The position numbers and the translations under genes were made by a program. DNA of 64,000 bases, taken from Anaerohalosphaeraceae bacterium. GTDB lineage: Bacteria > Planctomycetota > Phycisphaerae > Sedimentisphaerales > Anaerohalosphaeraceae. This document shows positions 9,597-19,386 of the stretch, piece after piece. The stretch's first letter is position 1, and every line of letters starts with the position of its first letter. The stretch spans positions 21,827-85,826 of the forward strand of contig JBNRMN010000096.1 of the NCBI GenBank assembly GCA_050309605.1, given 5' to 3'. The notes below the pieces were generated by a model that was given only the letters and a program-made list of their open reading frames with translations, ran no database searches and was not told the origin of the DNA.

Positions 9597-10553
9597 CTGA
9601 GCACAATTCTTGTTACAGGCGCAGCCGGTTTCATTGGCTCCCATTTATGCGAGCGGCTGGTCGATCAGGGTCGCCGTGTGGTCGGGCTGGATAATTTTGA
9701 TCCGTTTTATGATCCCGCTGTTAAGCGCGGCAATCTGAGTGCTTTGCTTAACTGCCCGTTGTTCGAATTGGTTGAAGGCGATATCCGCGACGCCGAGAAG
9801 GTTGCTTCGATTCTGGCACGCGGCGGAATTGAGACGGTGGTGCATCTGGCGGCCAAGGCGGGCGTGCGTCCGTCCATTGCCGATCCGGTCGGTTATATGG
9901 ATGTGAATATCAATGGCACGGTGGTGATGCTCGAAGCGGTGCGCAAACACAACATCCCAAAATTCATTTTTGCCTCCAGCTCAAGCGTGTATGGCAATAA
10001 CAAGAAGGTTCCTTTTGCCGAGACGGATACAGTGGATTATCCGATCTCTCCGTATGCGGCCACGAAAAAGGCCGGTGAGCTGATCTGTCATACCTACGGA
10101 CATTTGTACGGCATCGGGATGACGTGTCTGCGATTTTTTACCGTCTATGGTCCGCGTCAGCGGCCGGATCTGGCCATCCATAAATTCGCTCGTCTCATCG
10201 AGGCCGGCAAACCAATCCCGGTCTTTGGCGACGGCTCCATGCGGCGGGATTTTACCTATATCGACGACATCATTGACGGCGTGACCGCGGCAATTGACCG
10301 CTGCGCAGGCTACGACATTTACAACCTCGGCGAGTCGCGCCCCATACGGCTGGATGCACTGATTGCCGCGATCGAAAGAGCACTGGGCCGAAAGGCAATC
10401 ATCGACCGCCGGCCTGAACAGCCCGGCGATGTCATCCAGACCTATGCCGATGTCAACAAGGCCGTCGAACAACTGGGCTACCGGCCCCAAACCGAGCTGG
10501 CCGATGGCTTGACGCAGTTCGTTCACTGGTTGCGGAACGAGCAGAAAGGATGA
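9597..10553 (+). CDS. NAD-dependent epimerase (UDP-glucuronate 4-epimerase-like); probable CTG start
   Basis: Frame extends upstream of the ORF-track start to STILVTGAAGFIGSHL; HLAAKAGVR, YAATK and FFTVYGP motifs. Confidence 0.88.
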   Translation: MSTILVTGAAGFIGSHLCERLVDQGRRVVGLDNFDPFYDPAVKRGNLSALLNCPLFELVEGDIRDAEKVASILARGGIETVVHLAAKAGVRPSIADPVGYMDVNINGTVVMLEAVRKHNIPKFIFASSSSVYGNNKKVPFAETDTVDYPISPYAATKKAGELICHTYGHLYGIGMTCLRFFTVYGPRQRPDLAIHKFARLIEAGKPIPVFGDGSMRRDFTYIDDIIDGVTAAIDRCAGYDIYNLGESRPIRLDALIAAIERALGRKAIIDRRPEQPGDVIQTYADVNKAVEQLGYRPQTELADGLTQFVHWLRNEQKG

Positions 10554-10732
10554 AGCAGAACGCTTTTTCAGAGCAAATCCGATATAACGTCTTTTCCCCG
10601 GAGCGTTGCTCTGGGCGATAATTTAAGAGTGTACCTTCGGTGTGTTTCTAAACGAACGGGTCGAACTGTAAAAAACCGGTGAACGGTTACAATGACGGTA
10701 ATTTTCAATGCAATCATTTAATGGAGTGTAAA

Positions 10733-11833
10733 ATGAATGTTCCTTTACTGGATTTGGTGTCGCAGTATAAAACCATCAAGGACGATGTTCTCAAGCAAAT
10801 CGGCGAGGTGCTGGACAGCCAGCGGTGTATCGGCGGGCCAAAAGTCGAGCAGTTGGAACAGCAGATTGCCGCGCTGTGCGGCTGTCGTTATGCCGTGGGC
10901 GTCTCCAGCGGCACCGACGCCTTGCTGGCGTCTCTGATGAGCCTGGAGATCGGCCCCGGCGATGAGGTCATCACCACGCCGTTTACGTTTTTTGCCACCG
11001 CCGGCAGCATCGCCCGCGTCGGCGCAACGCCGGTGTTTGTGGATATTGACCCGAAAACCTACAATATCGATCCCGCGCAGATCGAAGCGGCCGTGACGGA
11101 CAAGGCCAAAGCCGTTATGCCCGTGCACCTGTTCGGCCAGATCGCCGATATGGAGCCGATCATGGCGGTGGCCCGGCGGCATTCGCTGGCGGTCATTGAG
11201 GATGCCTGTCAGGCGATTTCCGCGACCTACAAAGGCCAAAAAGCCGGCGCCATCGGCGACTGCGGCTGTTTTAGTTTCTTCCCCAGCAAGAATCTCGGCG
11301 GTATCGGCGACGGCGGTATGGTCGTGACCAACGATGAAGCCTTGTACCACCGCTTGTTCATTATGCGCAACCACGGCATGGAGCCGAAGTATTACCATAA
11401 ATATATCGGCGGCAATTTCCGTCTCGATCCGATTCAGGCCGCGGCCCTGCTGGTCAAGCTGCCGCATCTAAACGCCTGGTCCGAAGCTCGCCGCCAAAAC
11501 GCCGCCTATTACACCGAAAAGTTCAAAGACGCACCCGTCGTGACCCCCTTTATTCGCGACGATTGCGTCTCCATTTACAATCAGTATGTTATCCGCGTGC
11601 CCCGGCGCGACGAGCTGGTCGAACACCTTCGCAAACACCACATCGGCTGTGAGATTTATTACCCCGTTCCGCTGCATTTGCAGGAATGTTTTTCCTATCT
11701 GAATTATAAGCCGGGTCGTTTTCCTGAGGCGGAAAAAGCCGCCGAGCAAGTCCTGGCCTTGCCGATCTATCCGGAATTAACCGATGCGATGAAAGATGAC
11801 GTGGTCAAGGCGGTACTGGACTTTGTCTCTTAG
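10733..11833 (+). CDS. DegT/DnrJ/EryC1/StrS PLP-dependent sugar aminotransferase
   Basis: SGTDAL, EDACQ, SFFPSKNLG (PLP Lys); GGAG RBS ahead of ATG 10733. Confidence 0.93.
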   Translation: MNVPLLDLVSQYKTIKDDVLKQIGEVLDSQRCIGGPKVEQLEQQIAALCGCRYAVGVSSGTDALLASLMSLEIGPGDEVITTPFTFFATAGSIARVGATPVFVDIDPKTYNIDPAQIEAAVTDKAKAVMPVHLFGQIADMEPIMAVARRHSLAVIEDACQAISATYKGQKAGAIGDCGCFSFFPSKNLGGIGDGGMVVTNDEALYHRLFIMRNHGMEPKYYHKYIGGNFRLDPIQAAALLVKLPHLNAWSEARRQNAAYYTEKFKDAPVVTPFIRDDCVSIYNQYVIRVPRRDELVEHLRKHHIGCEIYYPVPLHLQECFSYLNYKPGRFPEAEKAAEQVLALPIYPELTDAMKDDVVKAVLDFVS

Positions 11834-11902
11834 GATCGTGCTGACAATTACGAACTGCGAACTCAAAACCAAAAAAAATTACGAACTGTTTCGGAGAACT
11901 GT

Positions 11903-13228
11903 ATGAGCAAGAAAAATGTGAGTTTGGAACAGAAAATTGCGGACAAAAACGTCATCGTTGGAATTCTGGGACTGGGCTATGTCGGGCTGCCGCTGGCACG
12001 GGAATTTGCCATGGCCGGCCTGCGCGTGGTGGGCTTTGATATTGACCCGGCCAAGGTCAAAAAACTCAACTCCGGTAAAAGCATCCTCAAGACTGTCCCC
12101 AACGAGCAGGTTCGGCAGATGATCAAGTCAAAAAAGTTTCGTGCTACCGCCGATATGGTCGAGATTCGCAAGGTCGATGCCGTCTTGATCTGCGTCCCGA
12201 CGCCCCTGACGGCCAACCGCGAACCGGATATGCAGTATGTCGAAAACAGTTGCCGCACCATAGCCAAATACCTGCAAAAAGGGCAGTTGATTTCGCTGGA
12301 AAGCACGACCTATCCCGGCACCACGCGCGAATTGATGAAACCGATTCTTGAACAGTCCGGTCTGAAGGCCGGAAAAGATTTTCATCTGGCTTATTCGCCC
12401 GAACGTGAAGATCCCGGCAACAAACAGTTCACCACCCGCACCATTCCCAAGGTTGTCGGCGGACTGACGCCGACATGCGCCAAGCTGGCGGCCAAGCTCT
12501 ATGCCCCGGCAATTGAAACAATGGTTCCCGTCTCGTCGCTTGAGGCGGCCGAGGCGGCCAAGATTCTTGAAAACGTCTATCGCTGTATCAACATCGCAAT
12601 GGTCAACGAACTCAAACAGGTCTTCGACCGAATGGACATTGATGTGTGGGAGGTCATTCGTGCGGCCTCGTCCAAGCCGTTCGGTTTCCAGCCGTTTTAT
12701 CCCGGCCCCGGCCTGGGCGGTCACTGCATCCCCATCGACCCGTTCTATTTGACCTGGAAGGCCCGTCAGTACGGTATGCCCACACGGTTCATTGAACTGG
12801 CCGGCGAGATCAACACCGATATGCCGCATTATGTTGTGCATAAGGTGATGGAGGCGCTGAACGACCGCAAAAAGAGCCTCAACGGGTCGAAGGTGCTGGT
12901 GCTGGGACTGGCGTATAAGCCGGATATAGACGATGTGCGCGAGTCGCCGTCGCTGGAATTGATCGAACTGCTCAAGGCCCGCGGGGCGAAGGTCGATTAC
13001 AACGACCCGTACCTGCCGCAGACGCACAAGATGCGCGAATACGATCTGAAGATGAAAAGCGTTCCGCTGACCGCGGCCAAGGTCAAGAGTTATGACTGTG
13101 TGCTGATTGCGACCAACCACAGCGACTATGACTACAAATGGCTGGTCAAGAACGCTCAGCTTGTCGTCGATACCCGCAACGCCACCGCCGCGGTCAAAAC
13201 CGGCCGCAGCAAGATTGTCAAGGCCTAA
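11903..13228 (+). CDS. Nucleotide-sugar dehydrogenase (WbpA/WecC-like UDP-HexNAc 6-dehydrogenase)
   Basis: GLGYVG, ESTTYPGTT, YSPEREDPGN and GLGGHCIPID. Confidence 0.92.
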   Translation: MSKKNVSLEQKIADKNVIVGILGLGYVGLPLAREFAMAGLRVVGFDIDPAKVKKLNSGKSILKTVPNEQVRQMIKSKKFRATADMVEIRKVDAVLICVPTPLTANREPDMQYVENSCRTIAKYLQKGQLISLESTTYPGTTRELMKPILEQSGLKAGKDFHLAYSPEREDPGNKQFTTRTIPKVVGGLTPTCAKLAAKLYAPAIETMVPVSSLEAAEAAKILENVYRCINIAMVNELKQVFDRMDIDVWEVIRAASSKPFGFQPFYPGPGLGGHCIPIDPFYLTWKARQYGMPTRFIELAGEINTDMPHYVVHKVMEALNDRKKSLNGSKVLVLGLAYKPDIDDVRESPSLELIELLKARGAKVDYNDPYLPQTHKMREYDLKMKSVPLTAAKVKSYDCVLIATNHSDYDYKWLVKNAQLVVDTRNATAAVKTGRSKIVKA

Positions 13229-13248
13229 CCGAACTGAGATATACAGAC

Positions 13249-13629
13249 ATGACTTCCAAGTATCTCGAATGGATTAAGCAGGCGGATTATGATATGGACA
13301 CCGCCGATTTTATGTTCAATGGAAAGCGTTTTTTTTATGCGGTTTTTATGGCACATTTGGCGGTTGAGAAAGCATTGAAGGGGCTTTATCAAAAAAAACT
13401 TCAAGAAACCCCTCCAAAAACACACAACTTGATTTATTTGCTGGGGAAAATCGAGTTGAAACCCGATGATAAGGCCGGGCGATTTATTGCCCGGCTAAAC
13501 GAAGCCAATATCGCCGCGCGGTATCCCGAAAATCTTGAAAAAGTGCAGCAAATCTATACTCAGGAAGTTACCAGCCAAATACTGACTCAGGCAAAGGATG
13601 TCATTGCGTGGATAAAAAAACAGTATTAG
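13249..13629 (+). CDS. HEPN domain protein
   Basis: W..QA..D...A, AVEKALK, PPKTHNL and ARYP pattern; overlaps the MNT gene. Confidence 0.85.
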   Translation: MTSKYLEWIKQADYDMDTADFMFNGKRFFYAVFMAHLAVEKALKGLYQKKLQETPPKTHNLIYLLGKIELKPDDKAGRFIARLNEANIAARYPENLEKVQQIYTQEVTSQILTQAKDVIAWIKKQY

Positions 13630-13925
13630 CGAATATATCCAGGTTCAGAGAGGCGATTGAATCAGCGGGCGTTGAGCCGCAGAAGATTATTCTTTATGGT
13701 TCGTATGCCGCCGGTACACAGCGGCCTGACAGCGATATCGATCTGGTTGTCATCAGCGAAGATTTTGAAATGATGGATTACTGGCAGCGGATTGATGTTT
13801 TGGCCGATGCGATTTACAAGGTGTTTTTACCGATTGAGGCGGTGGCGATGACGCCGCAGGAATGGCGGGACGGCGATTCGCTCATTGCCGACTATGCCCG
13901 AAAGGGTGAGGTGGTCTTTGGGTGA
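13608..13925 (+). CDS. Minimal nucleotidyltransferase (MNT) domain protein
   Basis: ILYGSYAAG...DSDIDLVVIS motif, 105 aa. Confidence 0.88.
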   Translation: MDKKTVLANISRFREAIESAGVEPQKIILYGSYAAGTQRPDSDIDLVVISEDFEMMDYWQRIDVLADAIYKVFLPIEAVAMTPQEWRDGDSLIADYARKGEVVFG

Positions 13926-14050
13926 GAAGGCGGGCACATTTAAGAAGCGGGCCGCTTTTTTGATTTCGATATGAATATATTCAGAAACGTTTGTAAGATA
14001 TTTTTCTCTTTGGCGATCATACCATACAACGCTCCCTGAAAAGAGTTATT

Positions 14051-14770
14051 ATGGAGACAACAAAGAACATGAAGCGGGAAACGACGATTGAGGCGGTGTT
14101 TGAGGAGTTTCTGGCCGAGCAGCGCAAGCGGCTCAAGCCGGCGACGGTACGCAAGTATGAGGCGGTTATCGATTTGTTCGGCCACTCGTTGAATGGCTAT
14201 GCGTATCAAACCCTCAACGATCAGGAAAGCGCGTTGTTTGATGAGCGGTATGAGGCCAGCGGCAAACAGCACAAAGAGTTCTGCCAGATTTTTGGCCCGG
14301 AGAAAATTCCGGAAAATGTCAGCGAGTTTCTTAACTATTTCATGATCCGCAAGGTCATGTGCGGCAAAGAGTTGAAAAAGGCCGCCGGGACGGTGACAAA
14401 AAAGCTGAGTCAATGGCTGCTGGACAATGGGTACATCACGCCGGACAGCGCCGCCGAGATGGCCGATGTCGGGGCGGCAGCGGTTGATGAATTGCCTGCG
14501 GCCGAAGAGTTTCTGGAGTTGCTTGAGGATCACATTGATCAAACGGTCGATGCGTTTGCGTGTGAGGATGTGATCGAAGACCAATTCTCGATAGATCGGG
14601 TCGCTCCGGGCAAACTGCGCATCAGCGGGATGATGGCAGATGCCGGTGTGACCATTACGGTTCCCAAACACGTCAGCGAGGCCTGCCGGGCGGGGTGGAC
14701 TTTTTCCGGAGCCATCGGCAAAGCCGGGCGACGCTGGATGATTCTTGAAGTGTGGAATGTGTATCCATAA
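14051..14770 (+). CDS. Hypothetical protein
   Basis: 239-aa ORF with natural composition; N-terminus (FEEFLAEQRKRLKPATVRKYEAVI) resembles integrase N-terminal helical domains but no catalytic motifs are visible. Confidence 0.7.
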   Translation: METTKNMKRETTIEAVFEEFLAEQRKRLKPATVRKYEAVIDLFGHSLNGYAYQTLNDQESALFDERYEASGKQHKEFCQIFGPEKIPENVSEFLNYFMIRKVMCGKELKKAAGTVTKKLSQWLLDNGYITPDSAAEMADVGAAAVDELPAAEEFLELLEDHIDQTVDAFACEDVIEDQFSIDRVAPGKLRISGMMADAGVTITVPKHVSEACRAGWTFSGAIGKAGRRWMILEVWNVYP

Positions 14771-14878
14771 AATGAAGGGCACCCTGCATCGGTGATGATG
14801 TACAGAAGGGTTGCCATTGAGAAACGTCGGAAGGTTCTCGTTTTATTAAAACGTTTTTTAATGATAAGGGAGGCAACA

Positions 14879-16273
14879 ATGAAACAGGTAACAGTGTTTT
14901 GTGTGGCGATGGGGGTGTGGATGGTCAGCGGTGTGTATGCCAACGTGGACGTTTTTGAGATTTGCACAGACTCTGCCAGGCAGCAGAACCCGGCCATCAG
15001 CGGACGGTATGTGGTCTGGCAGGACGAACGGGACGGAACCTTAAATCAGAACATCTACGCTTACGACCTGGAGACGGGTACCGAATTTCCTGTCTGTACG
15101 GCTCCCGGCCATCAGCGCAATGCGGCGATCTGCGGCGATATAATCGTCTGGCAGGATCAGCGTGACGGGCGATGGGATATTTACGGCTACGATCTGAGCG
15201 TTGTCGATCCGCAGGAACGGGAGTTTGTGATCAGCAATCATGAACACAACCAGGAGTACCCCGCCGTCAGCGGTCGTTTTGTGATCTGGGGCGACCGTCG
15301 CGACGGCACACTTGATCTATATGGGTTTGATTTGCAGACGGGAGTGGAGTTTGAGATTGCCTCGCATCCGAGCGTTTCGTTGTTACAGCCGGACATCGAC
15401 GGCGATTGGGTGGTCTGGTACGACAATCGCTCCGGACGTTATCAAGTTTACGCCTGCCGACTGGAGTTTCCGATTCCGGACGGCGGCTTTGAGGTCCTTC
15501 ACGTGTCCCCATCAGACGATGCCCAGGGCTTCCCGTCAGTCAGCGGCGGTCGTGTCGTCTGGCATCAGCCAAACAGTGCCGGCGGATATGATATTGCTGG
15601 CTGCTATCTTCAAACCGGCGAGTCTTTTACGGTTCTTGAGGACGGCGACGGGCGCTATCCATCCGTCAGCGGCACAACAGTCGTCTGGGAGGATTATCGA
15701 AGCGGCAAAGACCGAACGGATATTTTCGGGCGCGATCTGGCCGCCGGCGGCGTCTTTGAAATCAGTGCCACCGTCGCCAAACAGGCCGGTCCCGTCATCA
15801 GCGGTCAAACGATCGTCTGGCAACACAACGAGGACTTGTGGGCGGCGTATCTTCTGGAACCGACAGTGCTTACGGTGATTTGGCCCGATGGCGGACAGAT
15901 GCTGTTGTCCGGCAGCGAACAGGACATCCTCTGGCAGACCGAAGGCCCGGCCCTGGAGCAGGTCAAGCTCGAGTTCTCACCGGACGACGGGGCCAATTGG
16001 CACGTGATCGAGCCGAATGTGCCGGATACCGGGGCGTATTTGTGGCAGATACCGGAGGTGGATTCGTCGGTTTGCCGGGTGCGGGTCGGCGATGTCGGCG
16101 GCAGCGGAGCAATGGGTGTTTCCGCATCGGCATTTACGATTTTTCAGTGCGATCCGGCGTTGACGGCGGACTTAAACGGCGATTGCAGGGTTGATATCGC
16201 GGATTTTGCCCTGTTTGCGGAGCAATGGATGCAGTGCGGCAATCGGTATGATCCGGACTGGTGCCGGCAGTAA
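14879..16273 (+). CDS. Secreted beta-propeller repeat surface protein with Ig-like and dockerin-like C-terminal domains
   Basis: Signal peptide, seven P(A/S)(I/V)SG..VVW repeats, VIWPDGG...I.W segment, ADLNGDCRVDIADFALFAEQW; GGGAGG RBS. Confidence 0.8.
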   Translation: MKQVTVFCVAMGVWMVSGVYANVDVFEICTDSARQQNPAISGRYVVWQDERDGTLNQNIYAYDLETGTEFPVCTAPGHQRNAAICGDIIVWQDQRDGRWDIYGYDLSVVDPQEREFVISNHEHNQEYPAVSGRFVIWGDRRDGTLDLYGFDLQTGVEFEIASHPSVSLLQPDIDGDWVVWYDNRSGRYQVYACRLEFPIPDGGFEVLHVSPSDDAQGFPSVSGGRVVWHQPNSAGGYDIAGCYLQTGESFTVLEDGDGRYPSVSGTTVVWEDYRSGKDRTDIFGRDLAAGGVFEISATVAKQAGPVISGQTIVWQHNEDLWAAYLLEPTVLTVIWPDGGQMLLSGSEQDILWQTEGPALEQVKLEFSPDDGANWHVIEPNVPDTGAYLWQIPEVDSSVCRVRVGDVGGSGAMGVSASAFTIFQCDPALTADLNGDCRVDIADFALFAEQWMQCGNRYDPDWCRQ

Positions 16274-16399
16274 CGGCGGCATAGACCGGTTGCATATTGA
16301 ATCGGCGTAAACAGCGGCCTTTATTCCAAAACGAACCCATTGGATGCCATTTCAGTAAAAATGAGTGAGTTTTCGAGTAACGGTTCTGTAAAAACCAAA

Positions 16400-17413
16400 A
16401 TGATTTATCTCATGCTGGGCATGGTGTTCCCTGCGATGGGGGTATGGATTGTATTTTCGACCCAAACGACCTCGTTGAGCGAACAGGCCGTGATTGAACA
16501 GTTTGAACGCATTGCAGCGGCCGAGAATGTGCCGCCGGCGGAGGTTTGTTTTGCGCTCAAAGAAGACCCCAATAAAGTCATCATCCTGCTGAACGGTGAG
16601 CCTGTGGCGACTTATTGCTATGGCCCGGAACAGGCCAAGCCGTATATTGCGCCGCTGTGTTTGCCGTCGGGGCGGGCATTGACGCGGCCTGTTGACGGGC
16701 CGGCGTCGGTCGATCATCCGCATCACCAGGGGTTGTTTTTGGCCTACGGCGATGTGAACGGGGTGGATTTTTGGGGGAATCGGGGGACGTTGCCGCAGAT
16801 TCGCCACGTTGGTTTTGTTGAACGGGGCGTTGATGATGCGGGGCGAACGGTAACGCTGGAGGCGGTGCTGCATTGGGTGGATCGACAGGGTGCGACGCTG
16901 CTGGAAGAACGACGAAAAATGCGTTTTTTTGGGGTTCAGGACGGTTTTTGCATCGATTTTGAGAGTCGGCTGGAGGCGGTCGAGGCGGTGCGATTCGGCG
17001 ATACCAAAGAGGGGATGTTTGCGTTGCGGCTGGCCGATGATTTGCGGGAAAAAGGCGGCGGGGGACGGTTTTACAGTGCCTCCGGAAAGCGCGGTGCGGC
17101 GGCGGTGTGGGGGACGCGGGATTCGTGGGTGTGTCTGGCGGCGGGCGAAGGCGAAGGGGGGGCGGTTCTGGTGGGTATAAAGCCGCTGGGCAACAGCCTG
17201 GGCCGTCCGTTTTTTTGGCATGTGCGTGATTATGGGCTGTTTTCCGCGAATCCGCTGGGGTGGTCGGCGTTCGGGGCAGATCGCGATGATCCGGATGGAT
17301 TTGGTCGAGATGTTAGGTTGTCTGCGGGTCATGCTCTGAAAACGGGGTTTCGTGTGGTGATTTTAGAATTGAAAAATTGCCGAAATTTTGTCAAAACGCG
17401 GCAAAAAATATAA
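16400..17413 (+). CDS. DUF6807/PmoA-like family protein (membrane-anchored or secreted)
   Basis: KPYIAPL, DHPHHQGLF...VDFW, FGDTKEG.FALR and WHVRDYGLF.ANP; start uncertain. Confidence 0.75.
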   Translation: MIYLMLGMVFPAMGVWIVFSTQTTSLSEQAVIEQFERIAAAENVPPAEVCFALKEDPNKVIILLNGEPVATYCYGPEQAKPYIAPLCLPSGRALTRPVDGPASVDHPHHQGLFLAYGDVNGVDFWGNRGTLPQIRHVGFVERGVDDAGRTVTLEAVLHWVDRQGATLLEERRKMRFFGVQDGFCIDFESRLEAVEAVRFGDTKEGMFALRLADDLREKGGGGRFYSASGKRGAAAVWGTRDSWVCLAAGEGEGGAVLVGIKPLGNSLGRPFFWHVRDYGLFSANPLGWSAFGADRDDPDGFGRDVRLSAGHALKTGFRVVILELKNCRNFVKTRQKI

Positions 17414-17478
17414 ATATTTTGTATGTTTTAGAGGTGGGGTTGGCGGTATAATCAGTCTGGATATTGGGAGATATGACA

Positions 17479-19305
17479 ATGACGCGCTATCAGATATTCA
17501 ATATCGCGGCAGTCTCTTTTATGCTCATTTTTGCCGGGGGCGTGGCGATGGTGGTCTGCTGGCCGGAGTCGCCGTCGGTAGCTGCGGCGGCGGATGCGTC
17601 AGCCGCGGCCGGTACCGATGCGCCGCCGGCGAGCGGTGATTCGGCGCGGGCCGTCTCGGCCGCGAGGCCGGAGCACAAGGGCGCCGAGGGAGCGTTGTTG
17701 TCTGCGGATGCGGGGGGGGCTGAATGGCGTGATATTTTGGATAAGATTACTCTTTTGGATACATCGTCTTCGTCGCCGAGTCCCTCTGTGTCTGTCAATC
17801 CGGTGGCGGCCAGTCATGTCGCGGCCGGTGCGGTTTCATCGGAGTCGCTGCTGTCGTCGGCTTCGGCCTCATCGGCGGGCGATTCGACGGGGGCGGCTTC
17901 CACTTCGGGCGGGTCATCGGGACAGGGGGGTTCGTCTGGGGATTCCGGCGATGCCGGCGGGACGGCTTCGACGCCGAGCAGCGGTTCTTCGGGCGGTTCC
18001 GGGATGAGTCCGGGCAGGGCCAGGCCGGACGCTCCTGTTGAGGAAAGAGGACTCATTGAGTCAGTTTATACAAGCAACGGGGCTTTTCTGGTTGAGACGA
18101 CCGGTTCGCGATTTGAATATGCGCCGGGTGAATTAAAAATTTATCAAGGATTGAACTTCCAGGATAAAGGGCTTCTTGGCACACTTACTTTTGAAAGCAA
18201 CTTGCCTTTTGATAAGGTTTCTCACGATACGGAACGTGCCATTTTTCAGTCCGCCGGAAATACAATTACCGTGCGCGGCGATTCTTTACTGACGCTTGAT
18301 TTTAGTTCAACGTATAATCACACCTTTGAAACAGCGTTTGCCGTACAGCATTCTCTGAAACAGAGTAATACGGTGTTGCTGGCGGGGCTGAATGGGCGAT
18401 TTGAGTTGGGTTCAAGTATAATTTCAAATCTGAAGTTTGATCTTAAGGGTTCACAGGCCCTGAAACTGAATTTTAAGGGTTCGGTTACGATCAAGCCGCT
18501 TGATCGACCTATGGTTTTTTGGACTTACAATATTTATACGGATTCTCTGGATTCTCTTGAGACGGCACTGTCTTCGGGTTTGGTAACCCATGTGATTATC
18601 AAGCGTCTGCATCCTTATGATTGTGTGCTTCATCAATACGCCAAGGCGGAACCGATGCTGCCCCACGCTGTTGGTCTGTGCCGTCAGTACGAGGTTCCCG
18701 TTGTGTTGGCACGGAATTTGTGGCCTTCGTGGCGGACGCGCGATACCCGCGAAAGCACTCTGTATCGTTCGGATTATTATATTCAGCAGATTGAGCAGTT
18801 ACGGGCTGAGGCCGAGGCACTTGAGGTGGGTTTTGTCGCCCTTGATACAGAGCCTTACGGGGATTCGCCGCTGAAATCGGTGATCAAGGAACAGCGAAGT
18901 TTTTCCCGGCGGGATTTGGACATTTTGAATTCTACGATTCAAACGGTAATCGCTTCGACCGGTCAGATCGATTTTGTTTTGCCGGCCGGGAGCAACCGTG
19001 TGGACCATCCCTATAATATTATAGCACGAATGGGCCGATACCGAATTTGTGAACATACCTATTATGATGATATGTCGGTGCATCGAAATGTTAAATATCC
19101 CTATGAAATCGTTGGCGCCTGGATTGATACCAGCAAGGAGAATCCCACACACTCCCATTTACCCCTGTTTTTGGTTGATGAACTTTTTGACCGTGCCGAG
19201 ATATGGGTTGCTACAGACGGGGTTTTCCTGTGGAAGGAAAGTCGCGGTCGGAACCACCACGCCCTGACATTGGCGCAGCAGTTGGTACAGTGGAGTCAAA
19301 ATTAA
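17479..19305 (+). CDS. Membrane-anchored hypothetical protein with Ser/Gly/Ala-rich linker
   Basis: N-terminal TM helix, low-complexity linker, globular C-terminus; GGAG RBS. Confidence 0.7.
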   Translation: MTRYQIFNIAAVSFMLIFAGGVAMVVCWPESPSVAAAADASAAAGTDAPPASGDSARAVSAARPEHKGAEGALLSADAGGAEWRDILDKITLLDTSSSSPSPSVSVNPVAASHVAAGAVSSESLLSSASASSAGDSTGAASTSGGSSGQGGSSGDSGDAGGTASTPSSGSSGGSGMSPGRARPDAPVEERGLIESVYTSNGAFLVETTGSRFEYAPGELKIYQGLNFQDKGLLGTLTFESNLPFDKVSHDTERAIFQSAGNTITVRGDSLLTLDFSSTYNHTFETAFAVQHSLKQSNTVLLAGLNGRFELGSSIISNLKFDLKGSQALKLNFKGSVTIKPLDRPMVFWTYNIYTDSLDSLETALSSGLVTHVIIKRLHPYDCVLHQYAKAEPMLPHAVGLCRQYEVPVVLARNLWPSWRTRDTRESTLYRSDYYIQQIEQLRAEAEALEVGFVALDTEPYGDSPLKSVIKEQRSFSRRDLDILNSTIQTVIASTGQIDFVLPAGSNRVDHPYNIIARMGRYRICEHTYYDDMSVHRNVKYPYEIVGAWIDTSKENPTHSHLPLFLVDELFDRAEIWVATDGVFLWKESRGRNHHALTLAQQLVQWSQN

Positions 19306-19386
19306 GTTATTGCATAATTTCGTTTTTCGCGACAGAATAGCAGAAGAATAACGCTAACGGATTTGTACTGAGGAAGAGACAGGATT

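Noticed and set aside
10733..13228. Complete WbpA/B/E/D diamino-uronic acid pathway
   Set aside because: Only the dehydrogenase and aminotransferase are here; no cytoplasmic WbpB-like or hexapeptide WbpD-like gene was seen
16400..17413. Methane monooxygenase subunit implied by the PmoA family label
   Set aside because: It is a mostly soluble DUF6807-type protein with no pmoCAB context
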